Below are positions 36,861-46,920 of a DNA stretch of 64,000 nucleotides, piece by piece. The DNA lies in contig JADLHT010000061.1 in NCBI GenBank assembly GCA_020848695.1, positions 35,788 to 99,787 on the forward strand, written 5' to 3'. The notes below the pieces were generated by a model. It did not search any database. It saw only the letters and a program-made list of their open reading frames with translations, and was not told the DNA's origin. This DNA is from Saprospiraceae bacterium (GTDB lineage Bacteria; Bacteroidota; Bacteroidia; Chitinophagales; Saprospiraceae). A program made the translations under genes and the position numbers. Position 1 is the first letter of the stretch. Each line of letters begins with the position of its first letter.

Positions 36861-37817
36861 TTAACGATTAATTACTTTTTTAACAGCATTCACAACATCC
36901 AAAATTCCCAATCCATATTTATCCAATAATTCCAATGGCTTGCCACTTTCCCCAAAAGAATCATTTACTGCAACAAACTCCATTGGTGAGGGATGGTAGA
37001 GAGCAAGCAATTGTGCAATTCCATCACCAAGACCACCATTGCGCTGATGTTCTTCACAACTAACCACTTTATTTGTTTTTCTTACTGAATTAAGGATAGC
37101 ATCAATATCTAAAGGTTTTATAGTATGAATATTAATTAACTCACAATCAATTCCTTCTTTTTCCAATAATCTAACAGCTTCTAATGCTTGCCATAGCATA
37201 TGACCTGTGGCAAAAATACTGATGTCGTTTCCTTCCTTTAATCGAATTGCTTTTCCGATTTCAAATTTTTGATTTTCTAAAAAAACCGGCCAGTCTGGAC
37301 GTCCGAATCTTAAGTAAGCTGGACCATGGTGATCTACAAGTGCAAGTGTTGCCGCTTTGGTTTGCGATGCATCTGCAGGATTAATAACTGTCATTCCAGG
37401 CAACATTTTCATCATACCGATATCTTCAAGAATTTGATGGGTTGCGCCATCTTCTCCAAGGGTCAATCCCGCATGAGATGCACAAATTTTTACATTTTTA
37501 TTGGAATAAGCGATAGATTGTCTAATTTGGTCATAAACCCTTCCTGTTGAAAAATTGGCAAAGGTTCCTGTAAATGGAATTTTTCCTATAGTTGCAAGTC
37601 CGGCTGCAATACCCATCATGTTTGCCTCGGCAATTCCAACCTGAAAAAATCTGTCCTGAAATTCTTTTTCGAATGCATCCATTTTAAGAGACCCAATCAG
37701 GTCTGCACATAAAGCTACAACCTGATTATTCTTTCTGCCAGCTTCTAATAATCCTTCGCCAAAACCATTCCGGGTTGCAACTTTCCTCGTGCTTTCAAAA
37801 ATATCCCAATTTGCCAT
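36861..37817 (-). CDS. Transketolase, C-terminal (pyrimidine-binding) subunit
   Basis: 'VGIAEANMMGIAAGLA' and 'GEDGATHQ' are present. It lies directly downstream of the N-terminal subunit gene. Confidence 0.9.
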   Translation of the reverse strand: MANWDIFESTRKVATRNGFGEGLLEAGRKNNQVVALCADLIGSLKMDAFEKEFQDRFFQVGIAEANMMGIAAGLATIGKIPFTGTFANFSTGRVYDQIRQSIAYSNKNVKICASHAGLTLGEDGATHQILEDIGMMKMLPGMTVINPADASQTKAATLALVDHHGPAYLRFGRPDWPVFLENQKFEIGKAIRLKEGNDISIFATGHMLWQALEAVRLLEKEGIDCELINIHTIKPLDIDAILNSVRKTNKVVSCEEHQRNGGLGDGIAQLLALYHPSPMEFVAVNDSFGESGKPLELLDKYGLGILDVVNAVKKVINR

Positions 37818-37819
37818 TT

Positions 37820-38659
37820 TTAATAATCTCCTAAGGTTTCTTCTAATTGATTTAATGCTATTTGTGTTTGCTCAGCATTAGGAGCTACCCCATGCCATTT
37901 ATGAGTTCCCATCATAAAATCAACTCCAAAACCCATGATTGTTTTCATTAATATTACTGTAGGTTTAGTATTTCTGCTTAAATCTATTGCTTTTTGAATT
38001 TGACTCACGACTTCATCCATATCATTTCCATTCATGTGTAAAACCTGCCATCCAAAACTTTTCCATTTTTCTTCTAGATCACCCAAAGACATAACCTTAT
38101 CATTTGGGCCATCAATCTGTTGACCATTCCAATCTACGATGGCGATAAGGTTGTCTGCTTTAAAATGCGCTGAAGCCATCATAGCTTCCCAGATTTGACC
38201 CTCCTGTAATTCTCCGTCACCGGTTAATACAAATACAAGTCCCTTGTCATGATCAATTCTTTTTCCTAAAGCAGCACCCAAGGCAACACTCAAACCCTGA
38301 CCAAGAGAACCTGAGGACACTCTTATACCCGGTAATCCTTCATGGGTAGTAGGATGCCCCTGTAGCCTAGAATTAATCTTTCTAAAACTTGAAAGCTCCT
38401 GGACTGGAAAATATCCACTTCTTGCCAAAACACTATAAAAAACCGGTGAAATATGACCATTCGACAGAAAAAAAAGATCCTCGTCCTTTCCTTCCATGAT
38501 AAATGGAATTTTTTTTCTTAAAAATTTAAAAAACAAAGCCGTAAAAAAATCGGCACAACCCAGTGATCCTCCAGGATGCCCACTTTGACAGGCGGAAACT
38601 TGGCGGATGATGTCTCTTCTTACCTGAGAAGCAATTCTCCTAAGCTCATGGTTGGTCAT
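37820..38659 (-). CDS. Transketolase, N-terminal (thiamine-diphosphate-binding) subunit
   Basis: 'SGHPGGSLG', 'LSNGH' and the TPP motif 'GDGELQEGQIWEA' are present. Confidence 0.9.
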   Translation of the reverse strand: MTNHELRRIASQVRRDIIRQVSACQSGHPGGSLGCADFFTALFFKFLRKKIPFIMEGKDEDLFFLSNGHISPVFYSVLARSGYFPVQELSSFRKINSRLQGHPTTHEGLPGIRVSSGSLGQGLSVALGAALGKRIDHDKGLVFVLTGDGELQEGQIWEAMMASAHFKADNLIAIVDWNGQQIDGPNDKVMSLGDLEEKWKSFGWQVLHMNGNDMDEVVSQIQKAIDLSRNTKPTVILMKTIMGFGVDFMMGTHKWHGVAPNAEQTQIALNQLEETLGDY

Positions 38660-38829
38660 GGCACAAAGATAGAAACTTATATATACAATTATTGAATATT
38701 AGAAAATCCTTTGGGTTTATAGTTTGTTGATTCGTAAGAATTTAGAAAATCTAATTGATAATTGAATGTAAACTCGATAATTTTGAGCAATAATTCTTTT
38801 AAAAGCCAATGATTAATTTGATTATTTTA

Positions 38830-39381
38830 ATGAAAAGAACTTTTGCAAAAATCAAGATAATTCTATTTTCATTTAGTCTTCTTATCGTTCTGTCATGCAG
38901 TGATAATTATACCAAAATATTAGATCCAAAATCTAAGAAAAGCTTCATTGAAATTAAAGAAGAGTTACAGGCTAAGAATTGGCTCAATGTGATAAATGAT
39001 TCATTCCAAATTAGTAAGAATGAATGGGTTCATTATTCCATAGATACACAATCAATGGAAACGCGGATCAAAAGATTGGTAAGAGAGATTGCCAATGAAA
39101 GAACTTCCTTGTACTTTTTAAGGGGAAACGATCTAATTTATGTCAAACATGTTGCAATCAATTCTGCTAAGATCAAACATCGGATTCAGATTGAAATGAA
39201 GGAATATTTTTACACTGATAAAAAATGTATTTTTGCAATTCAAAAATCTAGAATTTCAAAGTTTAATTCACTAAATGAAGTTGAAAAACTGGAACGGAAG
39301 AAATCTAAATTGTTTCAACCCTCTTCCAAGATTTATCAGGATGAAGTACAAATTATTGAAAGAATTAAAGTCAGGAGGTAA
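38830..39381 (+). CDS. Hypothetical lipoprotein
   Basis: It has the signal peptide and lipobox 'MKRTFAKIKIILFSFSLLIVLSC'. A TAATTTTG -7 motif lies at 38778-38785. An upstream in-frame ATG at 38809 is also possible. Confidence 0.5.
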   Translation: MKRTFAKIKIILFSFSLLIVLSCSDNYTKILDPKSKKSFIEIKEELQAKNWLNVINDSFQISKNEWVHYSIDTQSMETRIKRLVREIANERTSLYFLRGNDLIYVKHVAINSAKIKHRIQIEMKEYFYTDKKCIFAIQKSRISKFNSLNEVEKLERKKSKLFQPSSKIYQDEVQIIERIKVRR

Positions 39382-39397
39382 AAATTTGATTCAAAAT

Positions 39398-40276
39398 ATG
39401 AATAAATATTTCCTGGTAATTGCAGGCGTTTCATTTATACAGATTATTACCTCATGCAATACCGATATTAGCAATGAGATTGGTCCATCAATAGGATTTG
39501 AAAATGAATCTGGTTATATTACAAACGATGTAACTTTGGATGAAGGCTCAGAGATTAAAGTAAGAATCAAAGCTTTTAAAGGAAGTAGCGAGCTTAAAGA
39601 ATTTGCAATTTATCAGAAATCATCAAATCAGATACAGGAAAGTCTTGTGAGACCTGAACTTTTAATTGTTGACAATAAACCTTCCATTGGAAATCCTTCG
39701 TTTGTTAATGATCTGAATGACAAAACTTCTTTTGTTAAGAATATATATTTTTCTTCATCAAAGTATGCTGATACCATAATTTATACTTTTGAAGTTACAG
39801 ATATTAACAGAATTAATAGCCGAATTCAATTTTTAGTTATCACTAAGGATGTAATTACAGATCTAATTGCAGGAGCAAAATTATTCAACCGAGAAGGATC
39901 ACCTGGGAGAGGTGGAATTGACCTGCAGACCGGCACTTCAACAGGATCCTTAACTTCAGATTCAACTTCCGCAACAGCAGAATTATTTGATTTAGGCAAC
40001 AATATAACTACAGGAACTTATGCAGCCAGATTTGCTCCAGCAAATCCGGAAACAAGCATTAAAGCAACTTTGGACACATGGGATAGTTTTATAACTTCAA
40101 AGAATATTGAAGAAGCATACAACACAGGTAATAATGTGGGTACTGTTATTACTGCAATTCCAAATTCAATTTACACCATTAAAAACGGAAAGTTATACTT
40201 CGCCATTAAAATCAATAAAATAGTAGATACCCCCAATAGTAATGATGATTATATAGAAATGGATATAAAGCTGTAA
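39398..40276 (+). CDS. Hypothetical lipoprotein
   Basis: It starts 'MNKYFLVIAGVSFIQIITSC' (signal peptide plus lipobox), and the ATG at 39398 was verified. The track ORF from 39275 overlaps the previous gene. Confidence 0.5.
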   Translation: MNKYFLVIAGVSFIQIITSCNTDISNEIGPSIGFENESGYITNDVTLDEGSEIKVRIKAFKGSSELKEFAIYQKSSNQIQESLVRPELLIVDNKPSIGNPSFVNDLNDKTSFVKNIYFSSSKYADTIIYTFEVTDINRINSRIQFLVITKDVITDLIAGAKLFNREGSPGRGGIDLQTGTSTGSLTSDSTSATAELFDLGNNITTGTYAARFAPANPETSIKATLDTWDSFITSKNIEEAYNTGNNVGTVITAIPNSIYTIKNGKLYFAIKINKIVDTPNSNDDYIEMDIKL

Positions 40277-40557
40277 TACTGTTGTTTGAGGTTATTAATG
40301 ATTTTATTTTGAACTGAAACTTTGTTTATATTGGAAATGGTTGATTTTTTTTCAAAATAAATATACATATTACATAAATCTGAGATTACTTGTTTGTAAT
40401 CATTACATCGTACAAATTCTAATAAATTATTGATTTCGTGAATAATACAGATGTGATGTGTTCTTTGATAAAAATAAGATCCAACAACAGTAGGACTTCT
40501 CGATAATTAGACCAGTGATTTAGTTAAGGGCAGTGCTACATAAATTTCTTAAAAATG

Positions 40558-40584
40558 TTTTGCAAAATTTGCAGTATATTTGCA
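40558..40584 (+). promoter_or_regulatory. Bipartite promoter-like motif TTTTGCAAAA-N7-TATATTTGCA
   Basis: It contains TATATTTG (TAnnTTTG) at 40575-40582, 19 nt upstream of the ATG at 40602. The same architecture recurs at 41238-41264. Confidence 0.45.
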
Positions 40585-40601
40585 AAATAAAATCATAAAC
40601 T

Positions 40602-41069
40602 ATGATGAGCAGATTTATAAAATTTTTTATTCTTTCTATTCTGTTTGCAAATAGCTCATTTTCACAAAGAGCACAAGCATTTTATGCCGAGCTGGGAGGC
40701 ACAGGATTAATCTTTAGTGTTAAATATGACACAAGGTTCAAAAGTGAGAAAAAAGGCATTGGAGCTCAACTAGGCTTAGGGTATTTTGGATCAGATGATG
40801 TCAATATACTTACAATTCCTGCCCAAATCAATTGGTTATTGGGTAAAGGTCCTAATTATTTTGAAGTTGGAGCAGGAGCAACTTACTTAAGTGGTGACGG
40901 GGATTTCTTAAATGATGAATTTGATCAATTGATAGGCACTTTAACTTTTGGTTATAGAAGACAACCCTTAGATGGCGGATTCACTTGGAAAATTTCATTA
41001 ACACCGTTATTTGCAGAAGGGGTTTTCTGGCCATATTTTGGGGGTGTTGGAGTCGGTTATTCGTTTTAA
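40602..41069 (+). CDS. Small outer-membrane beta-barrel-like protein (hypothetical)
   Basis: It has a signal peptide ending 'SSFSQ', alternating Gly/aromatic beta-strand pattern and the C-terminal 'GVGVGYSF' (terminal Phe). Confidence 0.5.
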   Translation: MMSRFIKFFILSILFANSSFSQRAQAFYAELGGTGLIFSVKYDTRFKSEKKGIGAQLGLGYFGSDDVNILTIPAQINWLLGKGPNYFEVGAGATYLSGDGDFLNDEFDQLIGTLTFGYRRQPLDGGFTWKISLTPLFAEGVFWPYFGGVGVGYSF

Positions 41070-41237
41070 ATGTAATAGCAGATTAATTACTATTCAACGA
41101 ACTGTAGTTCATTACAGCATAATAACTTGTTAATGTAAGTATTGTGTAATATTTAATTTTATGAGAATCATAAGATTATATATTGAATATATTTAATTAA
41201 ATCTTAATTTGCTCAAATTCAACAACTTACTAAAAAA

Positions 41238-41264
41238 TTTTGCAAAAATTATCTTAGATTTGCA
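41238..41264 (+). promoter_or_regulatory. Bipartite promoter-like motif TTTTGCAAAA-N7-TAGATTTGCA
   Basis: It has the same spacing as 40558-40584. It contains TAGATTTG (TAnnTTTG) at 41255-41262, 111 nt upstream of the ATG at 41374. Confidence 0.4.
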
Positions 41265-41373
41265 GATCCTGTTTCTTACTAAAATCTAGACCTTTTTATT
41301 CTCTCCCGATTGAAAAATCGATAAAGATTTTACTGGAATAGGAAAAAGGAAATAAGAAAATTTTAGTTTAGAC

Positions 41374-42414
41374 ATGCAGACTCAAGTTCAATATAAGGTG
41401 ATTATCCAGGGAAAGCTGGAACTGGCTTCCGAAAAAACCATGAAGCAGGTAATCGATCAAATTACACCTAGACTTGACACCCATTATAAAAGGGAGTTAA
41501 TATTCAAACAACCAGAACTTATTTTCAAACTGGAAGACTATACCCTGGATTTGGGTAGATACATCGGTAATGTCACAGAAAAATATTGGAAAAACACCAT
41601 AAATTTTATTGAGTACTGCGCAGGATTTGCCTCTGCCGGTTCGGTTGATGCTTGGATGACAGATTCCGGAAAAATTCTTCAACATTATCATATTGAACCA
41701 AAAGGAGAGAAATCTTGTGTCATGCTTTATCAGTCCGGCAAGAAAACTTCTGAACAAAAAGGAGCAGAAAAAGAAGCCATTCAAATTCTGACCGAAGCCA
41801 TTGAGAAGTTTGAAAGACATTCACAAGCGTATACACAACGTGGGTACATGAATTATACCTTAAAGAATTATGATGATGCCTTGTATGATTTTAAAAAAGC
41901 TATCAGCTTTGATAATCTTAATTCATCGGCGCATTATGGGGTTGCCAGAACTTATATGATTAAAAAAAATTATTCTGAGGCAATTAATTCATTAGAAGAA
42001 ACTACTAAATCTTCCATCGCATTACAACCGATTTATTGGGCAGCAAGAAGAACAAAAGCCTATTGTCATCTGGAATTAAAACAGTATGAGCAGGCAATCA
42101 ATGAATTTAAATTAGTAAGTACACGAAATTTTGAGAAATCAGATTCTAATTTCAAGCATTTGCCAATGATGTGGTTTAGTTACGGAAAGGCTTTTTTTGC
42201 AACCGGAAAATTGGATGAAGCATTACATGCATTTGATAAATCAGAATCTTTTGAAGACAATCATGGATTTGATAACAGGTCTGAACTTTTTATGCAAAGA
42301 GGACTGGCCCGTAAAGCTGCCGGCAAGGCTGATTTTATTATTGATTTGAAAAGAGCATCAGAATTAGGTAATGAGGATGCTGTTAGATTGCTAAGCGAGT
42401 TGCAACTTAGCTAA
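41374..42414 (+). CDS. TPR-repeat protein with an uncharacterised N-terminal domain
   Basis: The C-terminal two-thirds show repeated 34-residue A/Y/L patterns, for example 'AYTQRGYMNYTLKNYDDALYDFKKAISFD' and 'AHYGVARTYMIKKNYSEAINSLEE'. There is no signal peptide. Confidence 0.6.
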   Translation: MQTQVQYKVIIQGKLELASEKTMKQVIDQITPRLDTHYKRELIFKQPELIFKLEDYTLDLGRYIGNVTEKYWKNTINFIEYCAGFASAGSVDAWMTDSGKILQHYHIEPKGEKSCVMLYQSGKKTSEQKGAEKEAIQILTEAIEKFERHSQAYTQRGYMNYTLKNYDDALYDFKKAISFDNLNSSAHYGVARTYMIKKNYSEAINSLEETTKSSIALQPIYWAARRTKAYCHLELKQYEQAINEFKLVSTRNFEKSDSNFKHLPMMWFSYGKAFFATGKLDEALHAFDKSESFEDNHGFDNRSELFMQRGLARKAAGKADFIIDLKRASELGNEDAVRLLSELQLS

Positions 42415-42578
42415 TAATTCATAACATTTATTCGTTTATAGATTAAAGTATAATTTGATATTTTTCAAATATCTGATTATTAAATATTTGTTTAATCATA
42501 TTAAATGTTCATTAATTTTACAAACAAAGAAGTACAATTTTTTTTAAATCCTAAATTTCAAACTATTTTTAAAAGTAT

Positions 42579-44510
42579 ATGAGACTGAAGGCATTGGTAT
42601 TCTTTATATTTGGTTTCATTTTTTCTGGACATACTCAGGTTGTTAATTTTAAAAATGCAAATAATTCCCAGAAAAAATCCTACCAAAAAGCGCTTCAACT
42701 CTATCGTTCGGATCAATATGAGAAAGCTAAAATTTCTTTTGAAAAACTAATCAAGAAGTATCCTGAGTTTATTGATGCGCAACTAATGCTGGGCTCAATT
42801 TACTTTGATCTGAAAGAAGCTCAAAAAGCCGAGATTTACTTCAATAAAGTACTGGCCTTAGATAAAGACTATAATCCAAAAGTTTATTATACACTTTCGC
42901 TTTGTAATTACTATACCCAAAAATATGATCAGGCATATTCCAATTTGAAAGAATTCCTGAGTCGCGAAAAAATCAATCATGATTTAATTGAAAAGGGAAA
43001 GAAGAATTTAATCACTTTTAGGTTTGCAGATTCTGCTACAAGACATCCGGTTGAAAATATTTCTTACCCCTTGGCAAATCTTAATTCTTCAAATTCAGAA
43101 TATCTTCCTAGTCTCACTGCAGACGGAAGAACAATTGTATTTACAAGAAAAATTAATGATTACAACGAAGATTTATTTATCAGCTATTTGAATGATCAAA
43201 ACCAATGGGAAACTCCACAACCCATCAAGGATTTAAACACTACGTACAACGAAGGCGCTCCTGCTTTAACTCCGGATGGAAATACTTTGGTCTTTGTCAG
43301 TTGTGACCGAAAGGAAAGTTATGGTGGATGTGATTTATTTATTAGTCATAAAACAGAGAACGGATGGAGCGCAGCAGCAAATTTTGGAAATAAAATTAAT
43401 TCTCCCGCATATGAAACCCAGCCTTGTTTTGCAGATAATGGAAGAGTCCTGCTTTTTACAAGCAATCGTGTTGGCGGATATGGCGGAAGAGATATCTGGA
43501 TGACCCTAAAGAATGCCAATAATACATGGATTACTCCCTTCAATCTGGGTCCTGATATAAATACAACTGGAGATGAAGAATGCCCTTTTCTGCATCAGGA
43601 TGGAATTACTCTATTCTTTAGTTCAGATGGACATCCGGGAATGGGTAAGAAGGATATTTTTATGAGTAAGATGAAAACTTTTACAACATGGACAATTCCT
43701 CAGAACATTGGTTACCCGATTAACAGCCCACTGGATGAATCTTCATTCGTAGCTTATTCTAATGGCAAGAAAGCTCTGATGGCTAGCGACAAATCTTTTG
43801 TAGGAATTTACAAAAGTGAAGATTTGAAAAAATTAAATCTGGATCTTTATGAGTTTGATATTCCGAATTTCGTACAACCAACATTAAGTTGTTTTTTAAA
43901 ATTTAAAGTAGTAGATTCTAAAACCAAAAATCCGATCAGTGCCAATGTGGCTATCTATCGTGTTAAGGATAAAAAAGTATTTTTTTCAGATCAATTAAAC
44001 GCCACCGGTATAAAACAGATTTCATTGCCCGGTGATGATGAATATTTTATTAATATTACCCATCCAAATTACTATTTATATTCTGATAATTTTCAATGCA
44101 ATTCAAATGGAAGATTCAATATCTTAACACAAGAGTATAATCTGATTTCTGCTCAAATAACAGAAGTACCTATTGTTCTTAAAAACGTACTATTTGAAGT
44201 TAATTCGGCCGATTTAAAAGAAGAATCCTATTTTGAGTTAACAAAACTGCTTAGCTTTCTTAAAGAAAAAAAAGATTACAATGTTCAAATAATCGGACAT
44301 ACCGATAATCAGGGTTCCCATGAAACAAATTTAATTTTATCAGGTAAAAGAGCAGACAGGGTACTAAATTATCTGGTTCAAAACGGTATTGCAAAAGAAA
44401 GAATTACAAGTATAGGTAAAGGAGAAACAGAATCAGTGTCGAGCAATGACTCTGAGCGAGGCAGATCGCTAAATCGAAGAACAGAGTTTATTCTGAAACA
44501 AACAAAATGA
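42579..44510 (+). CDS. OmpA family protein (TPR + TolB-like WD40 repeats + OmpA C-terminal domain)
   Basis: It has an N-terminal TPR region. The repeats 'PSLTADGRTIVFT', 'PALTPDGNTLVFVS', 'PCFADNGRVLLFTSNR' and 'PFLHQDGITLFFSS' are TolB-like. The OmpA motif is 'GHTDNQGSHETNLILSGKRA...NRRTEF'. Confidence 0.85.
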   Translation: MRLKALVFFIFGFIFSGHTQVVNFKNANNSQKKSYQKALQLYRSDQYEKAKISFEKLIKKYPEFIDAQLMLGSIYFDLKEAQKAEIYFNKVLALDKDYNPKVYYTLSLCNYYTQKYDQAYSNLKEFLSREKINHDLIEKGKKNLITFRFADSATRHPVENISYPLANLNSSNSEYLPSLTADGRTIVFTRKINDYNEDLFISYLNDQNQWETPQPIKDLNTTYNEGAPALTPDGNTLVFVSCDRKESYGGCDLFISHKTENGWSAAANFGNKINSPAYETQPCFADNGRVLLFTSNRVGGYGGRDIWMTLKNANNTWITPFNLGPDINTTGDEECPFLHQDGITLFFSSDGHPGMGKKDIFMSKMKTFTTWTIPQNIGYPINSPLDESSFVAYSNGKKALMASDKSFVGIYKSEDLKKLNLDLYEFDIPNFVQPTLSCFLKFKVVDSKTKNPISANVAIYRVKDKKVFFSDQLNATGIKQISLPGDDEYFINITHPNYYLYSDNFQCNSNGRFNILTQEYNLISAQITEVPIVLKNVLFEVNSADLKEESYFELTKLLSFLKEKKDYNVQIIGHTDNQGSHETNLILSGKRADRVLNYLVQNGIAKERITSIGKGETESVSSNDSERGRSLNRRTEFILKQTK

Positions 44511-45922
44511 GTAAGAAAGAAAAATTGGTTGAGTTACAACTTACCGGCATAACACATCAGGGCGAGTCCATTGGTAAGACCGATGAGGGCATTGTAATAT
44601 TCGTTCAAGGAGGAGTTCCCGGCGATAAAGTGAAGGTTGCACTATCCAGAAAAAGAAAAGGTGTTTGGCGAGGAGTTGTAAAAGAATTTCTAAAATTGTC
44701 CAATGACCGTATAACTCCAGCTTGTCAGCATTTTAATTATTGTGGTGGATGCAGCTGGCAGAATTTAAATTATACTAAACAACTGAATCTAAAGGAAGAA
44801 ATAGTATTGAATGCAATACAAAGAATTGCCAAAATTAGCACCTGTACAATAGAACCAATTCTGGGTTGCGAAGAAGAATTGTATTATCGCAACAAGCTGG
44901 AATTTACCTTCTCCAATAAGAGATGGTTGCTTCCTGAAGAAATTAAAACTGACACACCTGTAATGCAGTCGGGTGCTTTGGGATTTCATCGGGCAGGATT
45001 GTATGATAAAATCATAGATATTCATACCTGTCATTTACAGTGTACCTTGAGCGATCAGATTCGAAATTCAATTCGAACTTATTGTATAGAACATGAATAT
45101 TCTTTTTATGATCTGAAGCAACATATCGGACTATTAAGAAATTTAATAATTAAAACCAATGAAAGAAATGAAGCCTTAGTCTTACTTTCGTTTTCAGAGT
45201 ATCATCAAGAGAGAATTGATGAATTATTTGATTTTTTAAAACAGCAATTTCCGGAAATCGTTTCTGCATACTATGCCATCAATACCAAGAAAAATGATTC
45301 ATGGCATGATCTTTTTTGTACAAAAATCTTTGGGGAAGACTATCTCTTGACTCAATTGAAACATGTAAAATACGCTGTAGGTCCTAAATCTTTTTTCCAA
45401 ACCAATCGAAAACAGACAGAATATCTATATGAAATAATAAAGGAATATGCCTCATTAACAGGAACAGAAATCGTCTTTGACCTTTATTGTGGTGTTGGCA
45501 GTATAGGTATTTTTCTGGCAGACGAAGCAAAGAAAGTAATTGGAATTGAAGAAATTGGCGAAGCCGTTGAAGATGCTAAGTTGAATGCCAGGTTGAATAA
45601 CATTCAAAATTGTGAATTTTATAAAGGAGATGTAAAATTATTATTGAACAATGATTTATTAGAGAATTACGGGACTCCAGATCTCCTAATCGTTGATCCC
45701 CCAAGAGTAGGTTTGCATCCGGATGTAATTGATCAAATTATTCAACTGTCACCTCGTAAATTAATCTATGTATCCTGTAATCCGTCCACTGCCGCAAGAG
45801 ACTTCGGATTATTGAGTAGTCATTTTGATTTAGTAAAACTCCGTCCCGTGGATATGTTTCCAATGACAAATCATATAGAGTTAGTATCTTTACTTACTAT
45901 CAGGACCGATGAGCAAAGTTAA
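44507..45922 (+). CDS. rlmD: 23S rRNA (uracil1939-C5)-methyltransferase (RumA/RlmD family)
   Basis: It has an N-terminal TRAM-like region, the Fe-S cysteines 'CQHFNYCGGCSWQ', 'FFQTN', the SAM loop 'DLYCGVGSIG', 'VDPPRVG' and the catalytic 'YVSCNP'. Its start overlaps the upstream stop (ATGA). Confidence 0.9.
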   Translation: MSKKEKLVELQLTGITHQGESIGKTDEGIVIFVQGGVPGDKVKVALSRKRKGVWRGVVKEFLKLSNDRITPACQHFNYCGGCSWQNLNYTKQLNLKEEIVLNAIQRIAKISTCTIEPILGCEEELYYRNKLEFTFSNKRWLLPEEIKTDTPVMQSGALGFHRAGLYDKIIDIHTCHLQCTLSDQIRNSIRTYCIEHEYSFYDLKQHIGLLRNLIIKTNERNEALVLLSFSEYHQERIDELFDFLKQQFPEIVSAYYAINTKKNDSWHDLFCTKIFGEDYLLTQLKHVKYAVGPKSFFQTNRKQTEYLYEIIKEYASLTGTEIVFDLYCGVGSIGIFLADEAKKVIGIEEIGEAVEDAKLNARLNNIQNCEFYKGDVKLLLNNDLLENYGTPDLLIVDPPRVGLHPDVIDQIIQLSPRKLIYVSCNPSTAARDFGLLSSHFDLVKLRPVDMFPMTNHIELVSLLTIRTDEQS

Positions 45923-46295
45923 TTTTGAAAAATATCTACAACTGGAACAGGATCTTCGAAGATATCGTAAGGCAATCAGAGAAGCCAGAGAAATTATTAT
46001 GGATCAAGAAATTACCCATTATCCAATCTTTATTTTGCATCAACAACAATTGGATATGGGTATCCCAATAATAGAAGCTGAAAATAATGCAGGATTATGG
46101 ACAGTACATGCTTCAAGCATTGAAGAATTTGTAATTAAAAGCATAATACTCGACTCCAAAATAGAGGAATTTAAGAAAGTGTACAATTCACACGATCACC
46201 ATTTCTGTATATTTGTAATATCGGAATTAGGAGCTCAATTTATTTTTTTCCCGGATCAGGACGAAATTTATAAAGAATATGGAAGTCTCAATTGA
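45909..46295 (+). CDS. Hypothetical protein (128 aa)
   Basis: It is an open frame with the local codon usage. It overlaps rlmD by 14 nt and the next gene by 17 nt. I recognised no motif. Confidence 0.45.
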   Translation: MSKVNFEKYLQLEQDLRRYRKAIREAREIIMDQEITHYPIFILHQQQLDMGIPIIEAENNAGLWTVHASSIEEFVIKSIILDSKIEEFKKVYNSHDHHFCIFVISELGAQFIFFPDQDEIYKEYGSLN

Positions 46296-46608
46296 TACCC
46301 GATATTTATCGCAAATAGTTTTTAATGATCCTGCATTGAAGAAAGATATGCTGGAATCTTGGTTGAGTGATACCTATGATAGAATCCAGAAAATTAATGA
46401 AACAAGCAGGATAGCGACTTCCGAACAAAATTTCAAATCAATACATACCCTCAAGTCCAATTATTTTATGATTGGTTGCGTTGAGATGATTAAAGCATGT
46501 GAAGATTATTTGAAATCAAACAGAGATTCAAAAGATACTTCGAATATTATAAAACTAATTAATGACTCAATTTCTCAAATTGAGATATTACTAAGGCCGG
46601 GGATATAA
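46279..46608 (+). CDS. Hpt (histidine phosphotransfer)-like domain protein
   Basis: 'FKSIHTLKSNYFMIGCVEM' fits the Hpt HxLKG/S phospho-histidine helix. The 109-aa length fits a four-helix bundle. Confidence 0.5.
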   Translation: MEVSIDTRYLSQIVFNDPALKKDMLESWLSDTYDRIQKINETSRIATSEQNFKSIHTLKSNYFMIGCVEMIKACEDYLKSNRDSKDTSNIIKLINDSISQIEILLRPGI

Positions 46609-46920
46609 CTCAACATTGATATAAATTAGTTTTTCTTAAATACATATACATAAATAGTAATCTGAATTTAATGCCTTATTTAGCACTTTACTAATTCCTT
46701 TTTTTTATAAACTAACTTGAACTGTAATACGGTTGAAACGAATATTGGGTTACCTATACTGGACAGGGCTTTGCAAGATCCATTAACTAAACAAGCTTAC
46801 TAATTTTGTATGATATTATTACCATTTTAAGTGCAGCTTCTTTTGCAGAAAAACCTTTCATAATAAATCCTTCTATACAAAGTCATTTTCCTGTTCTTTA
46901 ATTCTATTTTCTACAATTGG

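Noticed and set aside
46609-46920. A possible continuation of the transposase remnant into a DDE catalytic domain.
   Set aside because: I translated all three minus-strand frames. There is no recognisable DDE, 'YPTD' or other catalytic-core motif, only short stop-riddled fragments.
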